Shown piece after piece: positions 7,562 through 16,409 of a stretch of 32,000 bases of DNA. Location: NCBI GenBank assembly GCA_963662715.1, contig OY759724.1, forward strand, positions 1,050,001 through 1,082,000, written 5' to 3'. The translations under genes were made by a program, and so were the position numbers. The DNA is from Candidatus Omnitrophota bacterium. Its GTDB lineage: Bacteria; Omnitrophota; Gorgyraeia; Zapsychrales; JANLHA01. The notes beneath the pieces are model-generated. The model made no database searches. It saw nothing but the letters and a program-made list of their open reading frames with translations, and was not told where the DNA came from. Positions within the stretch are counted from its first letter, which is position 1, and every line of letters begins with the position of its first letter.

Positions 7562-9262
7562 ATGACAAACATCAATAACAATAAAGGCATCGCTATGGCC
7601 ATCACCCTGATGTTTATGGTCACGCTCATCGGGATCAGCGGGGTGTTTGTCTTACGGGCGGCTCACGAAGGGAAAGAAGCCCGGGCAGAAAGGGATTTAA
7701 CGGAAGCCATCCTGGCGGCTCAGGGAGGGAACCAGGCGGCCTTGCATCAATTGGATGTCCTTATTAATGATTACTTGAACGACACGATATCCTCTGCCAA
7801 TCCGAGCGGTGTTGTCAGTTTTGCATCCAATAAAGTTTCCTCCGGGGACGGCATCGGCTGGCTCTTGCACGCCGTCCGGGATAATAACAGTCCCGTACTC
7901 TCGCAAAACGGTGACCAGGCTGAGTATGGGCAAAACGGCTCTTTGGGAAACAACAGTTATCAGTATCAAATTGTCATGACAGAAAAAGTAGACCCCCTGT
8001 CAGCCGGGGTCGATGCATGGGACTTTCCTTTCAGCTATCAAGCTACAACAACAGGTACAGCCGGCGGAGCCTCCGTCACTCTTTCTGTCAGCGGGGATTT
8101 CACCGTCAGGCTCCAAAAGGACAACTTCGCAAAATTCGCCCTTTTCACCAACACGCAGACGACCCCCTCTGGAAGCAATGTCTGGTTCACGGACAAAACA
8201 AACTTTGCCGGCCCCGTGCATACGAATGACCGGTTCAATTTTGCCCTGAATCCCAGCGGAACGTTCGAAGATCTGGCATCTCAGGATGAACAAATGGCCA
8301 GGTTTTATAACGGCGGATCTACGGTATTGCTGGATAACGATCACAACGGGACAAGTGACGTCCCGACCTTCAATAACGGATTCGACCGTGATGCCGGAGA
8401 AATTTCTCTCAGCCTCTCCACCCAGCAGCAGGACATCATTGACCAGGCCCAGGGAGGACAAACATTTGCAACAAACGGTATTTATGTTCCTAATAACGGG
8501 ACTGATTTAACCGGCGGAATCTACGTGCAGGGAAACGCCTCCCTGTCCATGTCTGTCAACGGGACAAATCAGGAATACACATTCACGCAGGGGACAACAA
8601 CGATACGTGTCACGGTCGATACGACCAACAACCAAACGACGGTTGAAGACCTGGGGACAGCTTCAAGCGTTGTCTACACAGGAGTTCCGGACGGACAGGA
8701 TGATGCCGGGACAATCATTCATGTCGATGGAAATGTCTCCAGCCTGAACGGAACAATTGAGTCTGATACCATTGTGACGTTGTCTACAAAAGATGACATT
8801 GTGATCACCAATAATCTCCTCTATTCTGATTATACTTCCGCGGTCGGGAACCCCGGAGATGCCGGGTATGTTCCCCCGTCAGCCAGCGGGACGACAAATT
8901 TGTTAGGACTGGTCTCTTGGGAAGGAGATGTCCGCATCGGGACATCTGCCCCTGATGATGTGCAAATACACGGAACCATTCTGGCGGAAGACGGCATCTT
9001 CCAGGTAGATAACTATAACGATACGGGTGTAGGGGGCCGCGGAACAGCCACGCTCCTCGGGGGCGTCGTAACGGATAATTACGGAGCCTTCGGACAGTTT
9101 AACGGATCGACCGGTCAGCAAATTTCTGGATACGGCCGTAATTTCGTTTACGACGAAAGAATGCTTGGCGGAGTCGCACCGCCCTATTTCCCCACATTAA
9201 ACACATTTATTGCTTTCACGAACGACATCACCGATAAAATGGTCTGGCAGGAGGGAGAATGA
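7562..9262 (+). CDS. Large PilX-N-like pseudopilin / putative pilus-tip protein with a beta-helix-like body
   Basis: 566 aa. The N-terminus NKGIAMAITLMFMVTLIGISGVFVL...AEAILAAQGG resembles the PilX N-terminal domain. The Thr/Asn/Gly-rich body has repetitive 'G.IYV.GN..L / I.V.GN' strands. The start is 1 nt after the previous stop. Confidence 0.6.
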   Translation: MTNINNNKGIAMAITLMFMVTLIGISGVFVLRAAHEGKEARAERDLTEAILAAQGGNQAALHQLDVLINDYLNDTISSANPSGVVSFASNKVSSGDGIGWLLHAVRDNNSPVLSQNGDQAEYGQNGSLGNNSYQYQIVMTEKVDPLSAGVDAWDFPFSYQATTTGTAGGASVTLSVSGDFTVRLQKDNFAKFALFTNTQTTPSGSNVWFTDKTNFAGPVHTNDRFNFALNPSGTFEDLASQDEQMARFYNGGSTVLLDNDHNGTSDVPTFNNGFDRDAGEISLSLSTQQQDIIDQAQGGQTFATNGIYVPNNGTDLTGGIYVQGNASLSMSVNGTNQEYTFTQGTTTIRVTVDTTNNQTTVEDLGTASSVVYTGVPDGQDDAGTIIHVDGNVSSLNGTIESDTIVTLSTKDDIVITNNLLYSDYTSAVGNPGDAGYVPPSASGTTNLLGLVSWEGDVRIGTSAPDDVQIHGTILAEDGIFQVDNYNDTGVGGRGTATLLGGVVTDNYGAFGQFNGSTGQQISGYGRNFVYDERMLGGVAPPYFPTLNTFIAFTNDITDKMVWQEGE

Positions 9263-9594
9263 TGACGGGTTCAGCCAGCAAACTTTTGCTTGGCCTCATA
9301 GTCCTGGGCATGTTTATTCTGGTCGGGGCTATCAGTATTTATAACCATAATATTTTGTTATCCATGGAATCCGATGAAACAGCCCGTCCTCAACAGGCAC
9401 AAAATCAGGAGCAGGCGGATCTCGTGCCGGGAGATAGCCGTCCCCGTCCCATTGTCATTGATTCCCGGAATGATCCCTTAGCCCCGGTGAACCCACCCAA
9501 GACACAAATAACGCAGTCGGATTCTTCTAAAAGCAAAAAAACCGTATCCCGGCAATACGAACAACCTATTAAAAGTCCTGTCTTGATACAATAA
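9259..9594 (+). CDS. Small single-pass membrane protein, function unknown
   Basis: 111 aa. ATGA start/stop overlap with the upstream gene suggests translational coupling. One N-terminal TM (LLLGLIVLGMFILVGAISIY) is followed by a Pro/Gln/Ser-rich tail. Confidence 0.5.
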   Translation: MMTGSASKLLLGLIVLGMFILVGAISIYNHNILLSMESDETARPQQAQNQEQADLVPGDSRPRPIVIDSRNDPLAPVNPPKTQITQSDSSKSKKTVSRQYEQPIKSPVLIQ

Positions 9595-9721
9595 TTTCTT
9601 TCTCAGCACTTATTCTATCAAAACAAAAAACTCAGGATAACCTTTTGCGTGTGGATAAATCCAGAAAAACAAAAGCCTTGTGCCGGCTTATTCGGAAGGC
9701 GGAGAAATGCGGTATAAAGCA

Positions 9722-10102
9722 TTACATAATCGTCTTTTCAATCTCTCTTAAAAAAATCTCCATATCAAATGGTTTGGCAAAAGATTTATAAGCCACACCA
9801 TCAACCTGCAGGGTTGAACTGGTTCCGGAATCATTATCTTCGGCAATACCCGAAAGGAATATGATCGGAATGGCAAGACCGGAAGGCTGCTTCTTAATCT
9901 CACGGACAACATCCGACCCCTGCATATCAGGCAACATAAGGTCCATAATAATAAGATCCGGAGAAAAACTTGCGACTTTCATGATAGCTTCCTGGCCGGA
10001 CTCAGCCGTCACGACATCATATCCTTTCATGGTAAGCATTTTACCCAACAAGTCCGTTATCTTGTTATTATCATCCGTAACGAGAATCTTTTTCCCAGCC
10101 AT
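9722..10102 (-). CDS. Single-domain response regulator (CheY-like receiver)
   Basis: 126 aa. KILVTDDNN...DLIIMDLMLPDMQG...IIFLSG...AKPF gives the acidic pocket, phospho-acceptor Asp, and conserved Ser/Thr and Lys. Strong GAGGGAGGGGG RBS. Confidence 0.9.
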   Translation of the reverse strand: MAGKKILVTDDNNKITDLLGKMLTMKGYDVVTAESGQEAIMKVASFSPDLIIMDLMLPDMQGSDVVREIKKQPSGLAIPIIFLSGIAEDNDSGTSSTLQVDGVAYKSFAKPFDMEIFLREIEKTIM

Positions 10103-10138
10103 AGCCCCCTCCCTCTATTTTTCTGTTATTATCATATA

Positions 10139-10630
10139 TTACTTTTTATCTTTCGGCTTTTTTTTCTTCTCTTTTTTTCGTCTGTTCTGAAAGACAATTT
10201 TAATGCCGGGGTACGTCAAATAAAAAATGACAATAACAGGCCAAAGAATAAAAAAAACGAATAACGTGAATAAAATATTCTGTATCGTCGTCTGCGGAAG
10301 CGGCACATAATTCATCAGCCAGAAAGCCAAAGGCTGGATGGAGGGCCCTAAGAGCCAGTGGATGACGACGACGCCCCAGAGGAACAGGATGGAAAACAGC
10401 CAGACGGCCCCTTTTCTCGCCCATTCTCTTTTAAAAAACAATCCCATACTGCACAAAAAAGCAACAGCCATGTATGCCCAGACAACCGAGGTTAAACGGG
10501 AAAAAGCCAGTTTGTCTCCCATATGATAAGACCAATAAGCACCGGGAAGAACGGATACTAAAAGCCACAAAGCGATGACGTTGATGCCGCGGGGATTATT
10601 CTGGGACAAATTTTCGTCTGGCAAGTTCAT
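10139..10630 (-). CDS. Four-TM membrane protein with a poly-lysine C-terminal tail, unknown function
   Basis: 163 aa with four hydrophobic segments and a C-terminus NRRKKEKKKKPKDKK. Lies 36 nt upstream of the receiver gene on the same strand. No clear RBS. Confidence 0.55.
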   Translation of the reverse strand: MNLPDENLSQNNPRGINVIALWLLVSVLPGAYWSYHMGDKLAFSRLTSVVWAYMAVAFLCSMGLFFKREWARKGAVWLFSILFLWGVVVIHWLLGPSIQPLAFWLMNYVPLPQTTIQNILFTLFVFFILWPVIVIFYLTYPGIKIVFQNRRKKEKKKKPKDKK

Positions 10631-10792
10631 ATTGATTTATCAAAGCATCGTGATTTCCTAATTCTACACGATTCCTTCTTGTTCGGTTAGATTCTCTATT
10701 AAATATTCATACACCTCAGCTTCGCAATGCCACTCTCTTGTTTTCACATTCTTCTTAGGACGGAATAGACCCCGGGACTGATAAAGAAAAGG

Positions 10793-11569
10793 CTATCTCC
10801 TGGATTGCTTCCACTCTATAAGCAACAATACCAAAGCCAATGTCGCCGGGATAGCCCCGAAAGGAAGTACAATCAAGATAAAAAACTGATGCAACGAAAG
10901 CTTCATAATTAATTCAAGCGATATGCGCCAGTAATAAAAAGTGCCGAATATCATGGCCGGCAGGGAAAAAAAGAGCCAAGGATTTCTTACCAGCCAATGA
11001 AAAGGAACAAGCAGTATAAAAGCATACGTAACATGAGGGATCGCCTCGGTCATAATATATTTATTGGTTTCCCCCGCCTCTTCATAGTAAAAGAGAAGTT
11101 CCGGGTTGAGAATAGACGCAAGATGGATGCCGATAATACACAAAGCGAACAAATAAATATATGCCCTTAAAACAAGACCGAATCCCCTTTTAGATTTCTT
11201 ATAAGAACTCTTAAAATTCAAACTAATATTCGAAGAACCCGGGTCCCCCCCCTCCTGCTCGACACCCTTTGATTTCGCATAGGCTTTTGTCGACAGAGTT
11301 AACGCCTGGGCTTCATCATATTCTTCCTGTCCGGACAAACAGCGTCGATAATATTCCAATAATTCCTCGGGAGGCCTTCTTTTATTCGAGGCTTGTGTGA
11401 TGTTCATCAGATCCTGCAGGCTGGCATGGATCAGAGGATCTTCTTGTGTGGATGTCTCATATTCCGGCGTAACAACAATACTTAATACCCATCCATACAT
11501 ATCTTCCGGCGTAATTTTATTTTCCTGCAAAGCCGTAATTTTATCAAAAATAATCTTTCTGTTAAGCAT
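10793..11569 (-). CDS. Membrane protein (soluble ~130-aa N-domain + ~4 TM), unknown function
   Basis: 258-aa ORF with an AAAGGA RBS. The hydrophobic C-terminal half includes LVLRAYIYLFALCIIGIHL, HVTYAFILLVPF, FFSLPAMIFGTFYYW and LIVLPFGAIPATLALVLLLI. Confidence 0.6.
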   Translation of the reverse strand: MLNRKIIFDKITALQENKITPEDMYGWVLSIVVTPEYETSTQEDPLIHASLQDLMNITQASNKRRPPEELLEYYRRCLSGQEEYDEAQALTLSTKAYAKSKGVEQEGGDPGSSNISLNFKSSYKKSKRGFGLVLRAYIYLFALCIIGIHLASILNPELLFYYEEAGETNKYIMTEAIPHVTYAFILLVPFHWLVRNPWLFFSLPAMIFGTFYYWRISLELIMKLSLHQFFILIVLPFGAIPATLALVLLLIEWKQSRR

Positions 11570-11771
11570 GTTGCGGATTCATCCTTTCGACATCAACAGG
11601 AATAAGGGCGAGCCAATAAGCATCCGGCTACAAATAAAATAATGAAAATTTCACAGAGAATCAAGAATATCTTAAACAAAAAAACAACCCTCTCGGATTG
11701 TTTTTCAATAACCCCGGCAGCCTAAAAACAGATCACCAGTTCGTCCATATTTAAATTTCATTATAGATAAA

Positions 11772-13361
11772 TTAATAATTCGCCTGCGTCAAGACCTCAG
11801 ATAATTGTTGCTCCAGCTCTTTAACCTGGATGTCCTTCTCCTGTGAAACCCGCACCAGAACATCCAGACGTTTCTCGGTGTCCAATAACCGGTCTTTCAA
11901 CAAATCGTATTGCTTGCTGTCCTGAAGAGAAGCGGATGCACTTTCCTCCAGCTGAAGCTTAACGATCGTCAGTTGCTCCTTTAAATCAATCAATTTTCTA
12001 ACATCGCTTTGCGCGGCACTCTTTTCCATCGTCCTTATCTCCTGTCTGGCCGCAGCAAGTTTTTCCTTCAGATCAAAGATCAATTGGTCCTGTCTTTTGA
12101 TAAAAGCCATCCGCTCCTGCTCATCCTGGGATATTTTCTGACCTTTCTGCTTCTTAGCAAGAATTTCATTTTTATTGCTCGCCTGAATATGAACAAGCTC
12201 CTGCTCTAAAGCCAGCAGGGATTTTCGCAACTGAGTGATAACCTTGCCCTTGGCTTCCAAAGCTCTCTGAGTTAACTCCAGTTTCATATTGGCTGCGTCA
12301 AGCCGTTTCTCTTTGGCATCCAACTCCGATCTTCTTTCGCGAAGGGCTTTCTTCAAACGTTTCATCTTGCTGTCATATTCCTCCTCAGACTTCGACAACA
12401 GGGTCTTCTGTTGCGTCACGGCAGACTCCAGTTTTTCAATCGTCTTTTCATAATCCGACTTTGTGCTTTCCCAGCGGCTTTCCGTGGTGTTAAGCTCTTT
12501 CTCCAATGAGTTAATCTCCGTGCCTAACTCATTTATTTTCTTTTCTTTTTCACTAAGATTCGTTTCCGTCACCGATAACCGGCCCTGCACATCTATTAAA
12601 TCCGTGTTCAGTTTCGCGATCTCTTGACTTTTTTGACTCGAGGAACGCTCTATGCCCTTAATTAACTCCCTGTCTTCAGCCGCACGCTGTTTCGCCATCT
12701 TTTTGACCTCTTGGACATTTTTATTCAAACTTTTTATTTCAGTTTGCTGGTCTTCTATCAATTCAACTTTCGTTAAAAGAGTTTCTTCCAGCGTACACAA
12801 TTCATCATTTAGACAGGCGATTTCTTTTTTCTGTTTTTCTTTAATCTTTTCCAACTCTTTAATCTTGCCCCTGTCCTCATTAGCTTTTTGATGAAAATGT
12901 TCCTGAACATTATTAATTTTTTCCTTCAATCCCTTGTTTTCTTCTTCTTTGCTGACTAAAATTTGGTTGAGCTTTTCCCGTTCCTTTTGCATTAATTCCG
13001 TTAACTTCGTTTTCTTCATGTTGTCCCGTTCTAATTTTACCAACTCATTCTTATACACTTCAACGTTGCGGGCCATTTGATTTAATTGACTTATTTTACT
13101 GCTTCTCCGCCCCAGCAAGAGACTCGCTGTCGCTCCCAGCTTATTCAGATAATATTGTGCCTCTTCATGATTAGGATCAACCAAAAGGGCTTTGCTTAAT
13201 TCATGAATGGCTTTGGCATAATCGCCGGCCACATAATAATTCTTTCCTTCTGTTACCAGATAATCGGCTATCAAACTTTTTTCCTGAGCGCCAGCAACAG
13301 AATTTAACGTCACAAACACACCTAAAACCAGGCATAAGCATACGACAACTTTAGCTCTCAT
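11772..13361 (-). CDS. Secreted TPR + ~430-aa coiled-coil protein
   Basis: 529 aa. Signal-peptide-like MRAKVVVCLCLVLGVFVTLNSVAGAQE. One TPR-like unit (GKNYYVAGDYAKAIHELSKALLVDPNHEEAQYYL). The rest is continuous E/K/L/Q-rich sequence with heptad character. Confidence 0.7.
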   Translation of the reverse strand: MRAKVVVCLCLVLGVFVTLNSVAGAQEKSLIADYLVTEGKNYYVAGDYAKAIHELSKALLVDPNHEEAQYYLNKLGATASLLLGRRSSKISQLNQMARNVEVYKNELVKLERDNMKKTKLTELMQKEREKLNQILVSKEEENKGLKEKINNVQEHFHQKANEDRGKIKELEKIKEKQKKEIACLNDELCTLEETLLTKVELIEDQQTEIKSLNKNVQEVKKMAKQRAAEDRELIKGIERSSSQKSQEIAKLNTDLIDVQGRLSVTETNLSEKEKKINELGTEINSLEKELNTTESRWESTKSDYEKTIEKLESAVTQQKTLLSKSEEEYDSKMKRLKKALRERRSELDAKEKRLDAANMKLELTQRALEAKGKVITQLRKSLLALEQELVHIQASNKNEILAKKQKGQKISQDEQERMAFIKRQDQLIFDLKEKLAAARQEIRTMEKSAAQSDVRKLIDLKEQLTIVKLQLEESASASLQDSKQYDLLKDRLLDTEKRLDVLVRVSQEKDIQVKELEQQLSEVLTQANY

Positions 13362-13740
13362 AATGGTTATTCCTTTTAATTGTATATTAGTGAAGAATAA
13401 AAATTTAGTAATACTACTAGTTATATAAGTATAACATGCCTAATAATAAAGCGCAAGAATGTCTCCCTTAAGTTATTGAATCAATATTCATATAATTTTC
13501 GTATTTTTAGAAATTAAAAGCATCTTTTCGCTAACTGTCTTATTATCAACATATTACAACGCTGACGTTTTTACTCAATAATCTTCTATTCACCAAATCG
13601 AAGTTTTGTGTTATAACTATTTGGATTATTTTAAAAATATTTCAGCAAAGGTGAAATCCCTTTAAGCAAGCAGAATTTATTCATACGGGCCCGCTAGCCG
13701 CGCCCCAGGATTTTCCCCTTAGAACGTTTCTCTTTTTCCC

Positions 13741-16302
13741 ATGGAAACAGCGACCCCAATGCTTAAGCAGTATCATAAAATAAAAGCCCAGCACCGGGAC
13801 TGTATTCTCTTTTTCCGTTTAGGGGACTTTTATGAAATGTTTTATGATGACGCTAAAGTGGCGTCCCGAATTTTGGACCTGGTCCTCACCTCCCGCGGAA
13901 AAGGTTCGGCCAATCATGTTCCGATGTGCGGGATTCCTTATCATGCTGCGGAAGGCTATATCGCCAGACTGATTAAAGCCGGGTTAAAAGTCGCCATCTG
14001 CGAGCAAATGGAAGACCCGGCCCAAGCTAAAGGAATTGTTCAAAGAGATGTCATCAGGACAATCACATCAGGAACTTTTCTCGATGACGCGTCCCCTGAT
14101 GCCCGCTACCTCATGTGTCTCAGCCCTGTGGCCAAGGTTAAAAATCCGTTCGGATTAGCCTTTATCGACCCGACAACGGGGACGATTTTCGCCAACGCCT
14201 ACCCGTCTTCCCGGCAAGCTCTGCCGGTGATGGCCCGCCTTCCAGTCACCGAATGCCTTTATCCGCAAGGAGCCGCCGAGGAAATCCGGGAATTATTGAA
14301 ACATCCGCTTCTTAAAGCAAAAAATATTATACTCAGTCCGTTTGAAGACTGGATTTACAACCCGGAACTCGCCCGCAAATCCCTGCAGGAACATTTTTCT
14401 GTAAGTAACCTGGCCGGGTTCGGGATTGATGACCTTGAAGCTGCTGTCTCCGGGGCCGGAGCGCTCCTGGAGTATCTGAAAAGGATGAATAAACAGCCGC
14501 TTCAGCATATTGACAGGATATCCTTGTATGCCGACCATGATTATGTTCATATCTCTCCGGCCGCTACTTTTGGCCTGGAACTGGAAACACTTTACCATAC
14601 GATCAATTATACGCTGTGCGCCCTGGGGCGGAGAAAACTCCGTTACTGGCTCTTTCACCCCCTCAAACAACCCGCGCTTATTCTTCAACGGCAGGCGGCC
14701 GTGACATTACTCAAAAACGAGACTGACTCACAAAAAAAGATTAAAGATGATTTGTCCGGATTCCCCGACATTGAAAAAAGCATTTCCAAACTGTCCTGCG
14801 GCTACACAAATCCTAAAGATATCCTGGCCGTCCGGAATGCCTTGGCCCTGCTCCCGGAACTGATCAGGACATTAGAACCTTTAACAGCAAAAAACCGGCT
14901 CTTTGCGCTGGAAGATATTCCTGTTCTGCGTCAACGCCTTGAACAGGCGGTCAATCCGGACATGCCGTTGACCAACCCGGAGGGAAAAGTTATCCAGGCC
15001 GGATTTCATGCGGAACTGGATGAATTGCGGACCATCCAGGAATCCGGCCGGCAATGGCTGAAAAACTTCCAGCAGGAGGAGATCAAGAGAACCGGGATCA
15101 ATTCCCTGAAAGTCGGGTTCAATAAAGTTTTCGGCTACTATATTGAAGTCACTAAGAGCAATCTTCATTCCGTCCCTTCCGACTACATCCGCAAACAAAC
15201 GCTTGTGAACGGAGAACGGTTTATTACCCCGGAACTCAAGGAATACGAAGAAAAAATATTAACGGCCCAGGATAAAATTCTCCGTATCGAATCTGACATC
15301 TTAAAACAGATAAAAACAGAAATATTAAAAGATTCCATGGCCCTGCATCATTATGCGGCTTCCATAGCAAAGCTTGACGCCCTCTATGCCCTGTCCATTC
15401 TGGCGCAGAAACCCCACTATATCGCCCCGGGCATCGATGAAGATACTGTCATCAACATCCAAGAGGGGCGTCATCCCGTGGTGGAACATACCACCAGCGA
15501 CAGTTTTGTTCCGAATGATACTTTCCTAGACTGTGAAAAGAATCACCTCATCGTTTTAACCGGCCCAAATATGGCGGGGAAATCGACATATATCCGTCAA
15601 ACAGCCCTGCTCGTCATCTTAGCCCAAATGGGGAGCTATATCCCTGCCCGTCAGGCGCGTGTCGGCATCGTCGATAAAATCTATACCCGTATAGGAGCCC
15701 ATGATGATATCAGCAAAGGCCAAAGCACGTTCATGGTGGAAATGACCGAAGCCGCTGACATCCTCAACAACCTGACAGACAGGAGTCTCGTGATTCTAGA
15801 TGAAATTGGCCGCGGGACAAGCACTTACGACGGCCTCAGCCTGGCCTGGGCCCTGGCCGAATATTTCCAACAAACCAGGGCCAGGACCCTTTTTGCGACT
15901 CACTTTCATGAGCTTACGGCTCTTGCCAATGAATATTCAGGCATCAAAAATTATAATGTCGCCGTTAAAGAATGGAAAGACGAAATCATTTTCCTCCATA
16001 AAATCATACCGGGCAGCACCGATGATTCCTACGGTATCTATGTCGCAAAACTGGCCGGTATTCCGAAAACGGTCATTGACCGGGCGAAAAAAATTCTCAC
16101 TCAACTGGAGCTGCAATCGGATATCAAGGAAAGGCTGACAACAATGCCCCAAGACACGCAATTAACACTGTTCAACAGTAAAAGCGATCCGCTGATGGAA
16201 CAGGTCAAAGATATTTTACTCGCTATGGATATCAACCAACTGACGCCCCTTGAAGCATTGAATAAACTGCAGGAAATCAAACAGATCATAAATGAGCCGT
16301 AA
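13741..16302 (+). CDS. mutS: DNA mismatch repair protein MutS
   Basis: 853 aa. N-terminal TPMLKQYHKIK...FFRLGDFYEMFYDDA mismatch-binding motif. Walker A GPNMAGKST. DEIGRGTSTYDG. FATHFHEL. Confidence 0.97.
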   Translation: METATPMLKQYHKIKAQHRDCILFFRLGDFYEMFYDDAKVASRILDLVLTSRGKGSANHVPMCGIPYHAAEGYIARLIKAGLKVAICEQMEDPAQAKGIVQRDVIRTITSGTFLDDASPDARYLMCLSPVAKVKNPFGLAFIDPTTGTIFANAYPSSRQALPVMARLPVTECLYPQGAAEEIRELLKHPLLKAKNIILSPFEDWIYNPELARKSLQEHFSVSNLAGFGIDDLEAAVSGAGALLEYLKRMNKQPLQHIDRISLYADHDYVHISPAATFGLELETLYHTINYTLCALGRRKLRYWLFHPLKQPALILQRQAAVTLLKNETDSQKKIKDDLSGFPDIEKSISKLSCGYTNPKDILAVRNALALLPELIRTLEPLTAKNRLFALEDIPVLRQRLEQAVNPDMPLTNPEGKVIQAGFHAELDELRTIQESGRQWLKNFQQEEIKRTGINSLKVGFNKVFGYYIEVTKSNLHSVPSDYIRKQTLVNGERFITPELKEYEEKILTAQDKILRIESDILKQIKTEILKDSMALHHYAASIAKLDALYALSILAQKPHYIAPGIDEDTVINIQEGRHPVVEHTTSDSFVPNDTFLDCEKNHLIVLTGPNMAGKSTYIRQTALLVILAQMGSYIPARQARVGIVDKIYTRIGAHDDISKGQSTFMVEMTEAADILNNLTDRSLVILDEIGRGTSTYDGLSLAWALAEYFQQTRARTLFATHFHELTALANEYSGIKNYNVAVKEWKDEIIFLHKIIPGSTDDSYGIYVAKLAGIPKTVIDRAKKILTQLELQSDIKERLTTMPQDTQLTLFNSKSDPLMEQVKDILLAMDINQLTPLEALNKLQEIKQIINEP

Positions 16303-16409
16303 CGTTCTGGGATAGGCATAAAAACAGCGGGCCGGGACAGTCGCCGCCGGGATCGAATGAAAAATACAACCCTAAAAATAATGCCAACGGCATCCGGAGA
16401 TACAAGACC

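Noticed and set aside
9595-9721. Convergent intergenic region (pilin cluster versus receiver gene) searched for a bidirectional terminator
   Set aside because: Only weak 3-5-bp stems are present (TGGAT-AA-ATCCA; GCCTT...AAGGC), with no clear GC-rich stem followed by a T-tract.
13362-13740. 379-bp AT-rich gap upstream of mutS inspected for a tRNA, ncRNA or small ORF
   Set aside because: I could find no cloverleaf-compatible stems, conserved ncRNA motifs or ORFs of >=60 aa. It is most simply the divergent promoter region for mutS and the coiled-coil gene.
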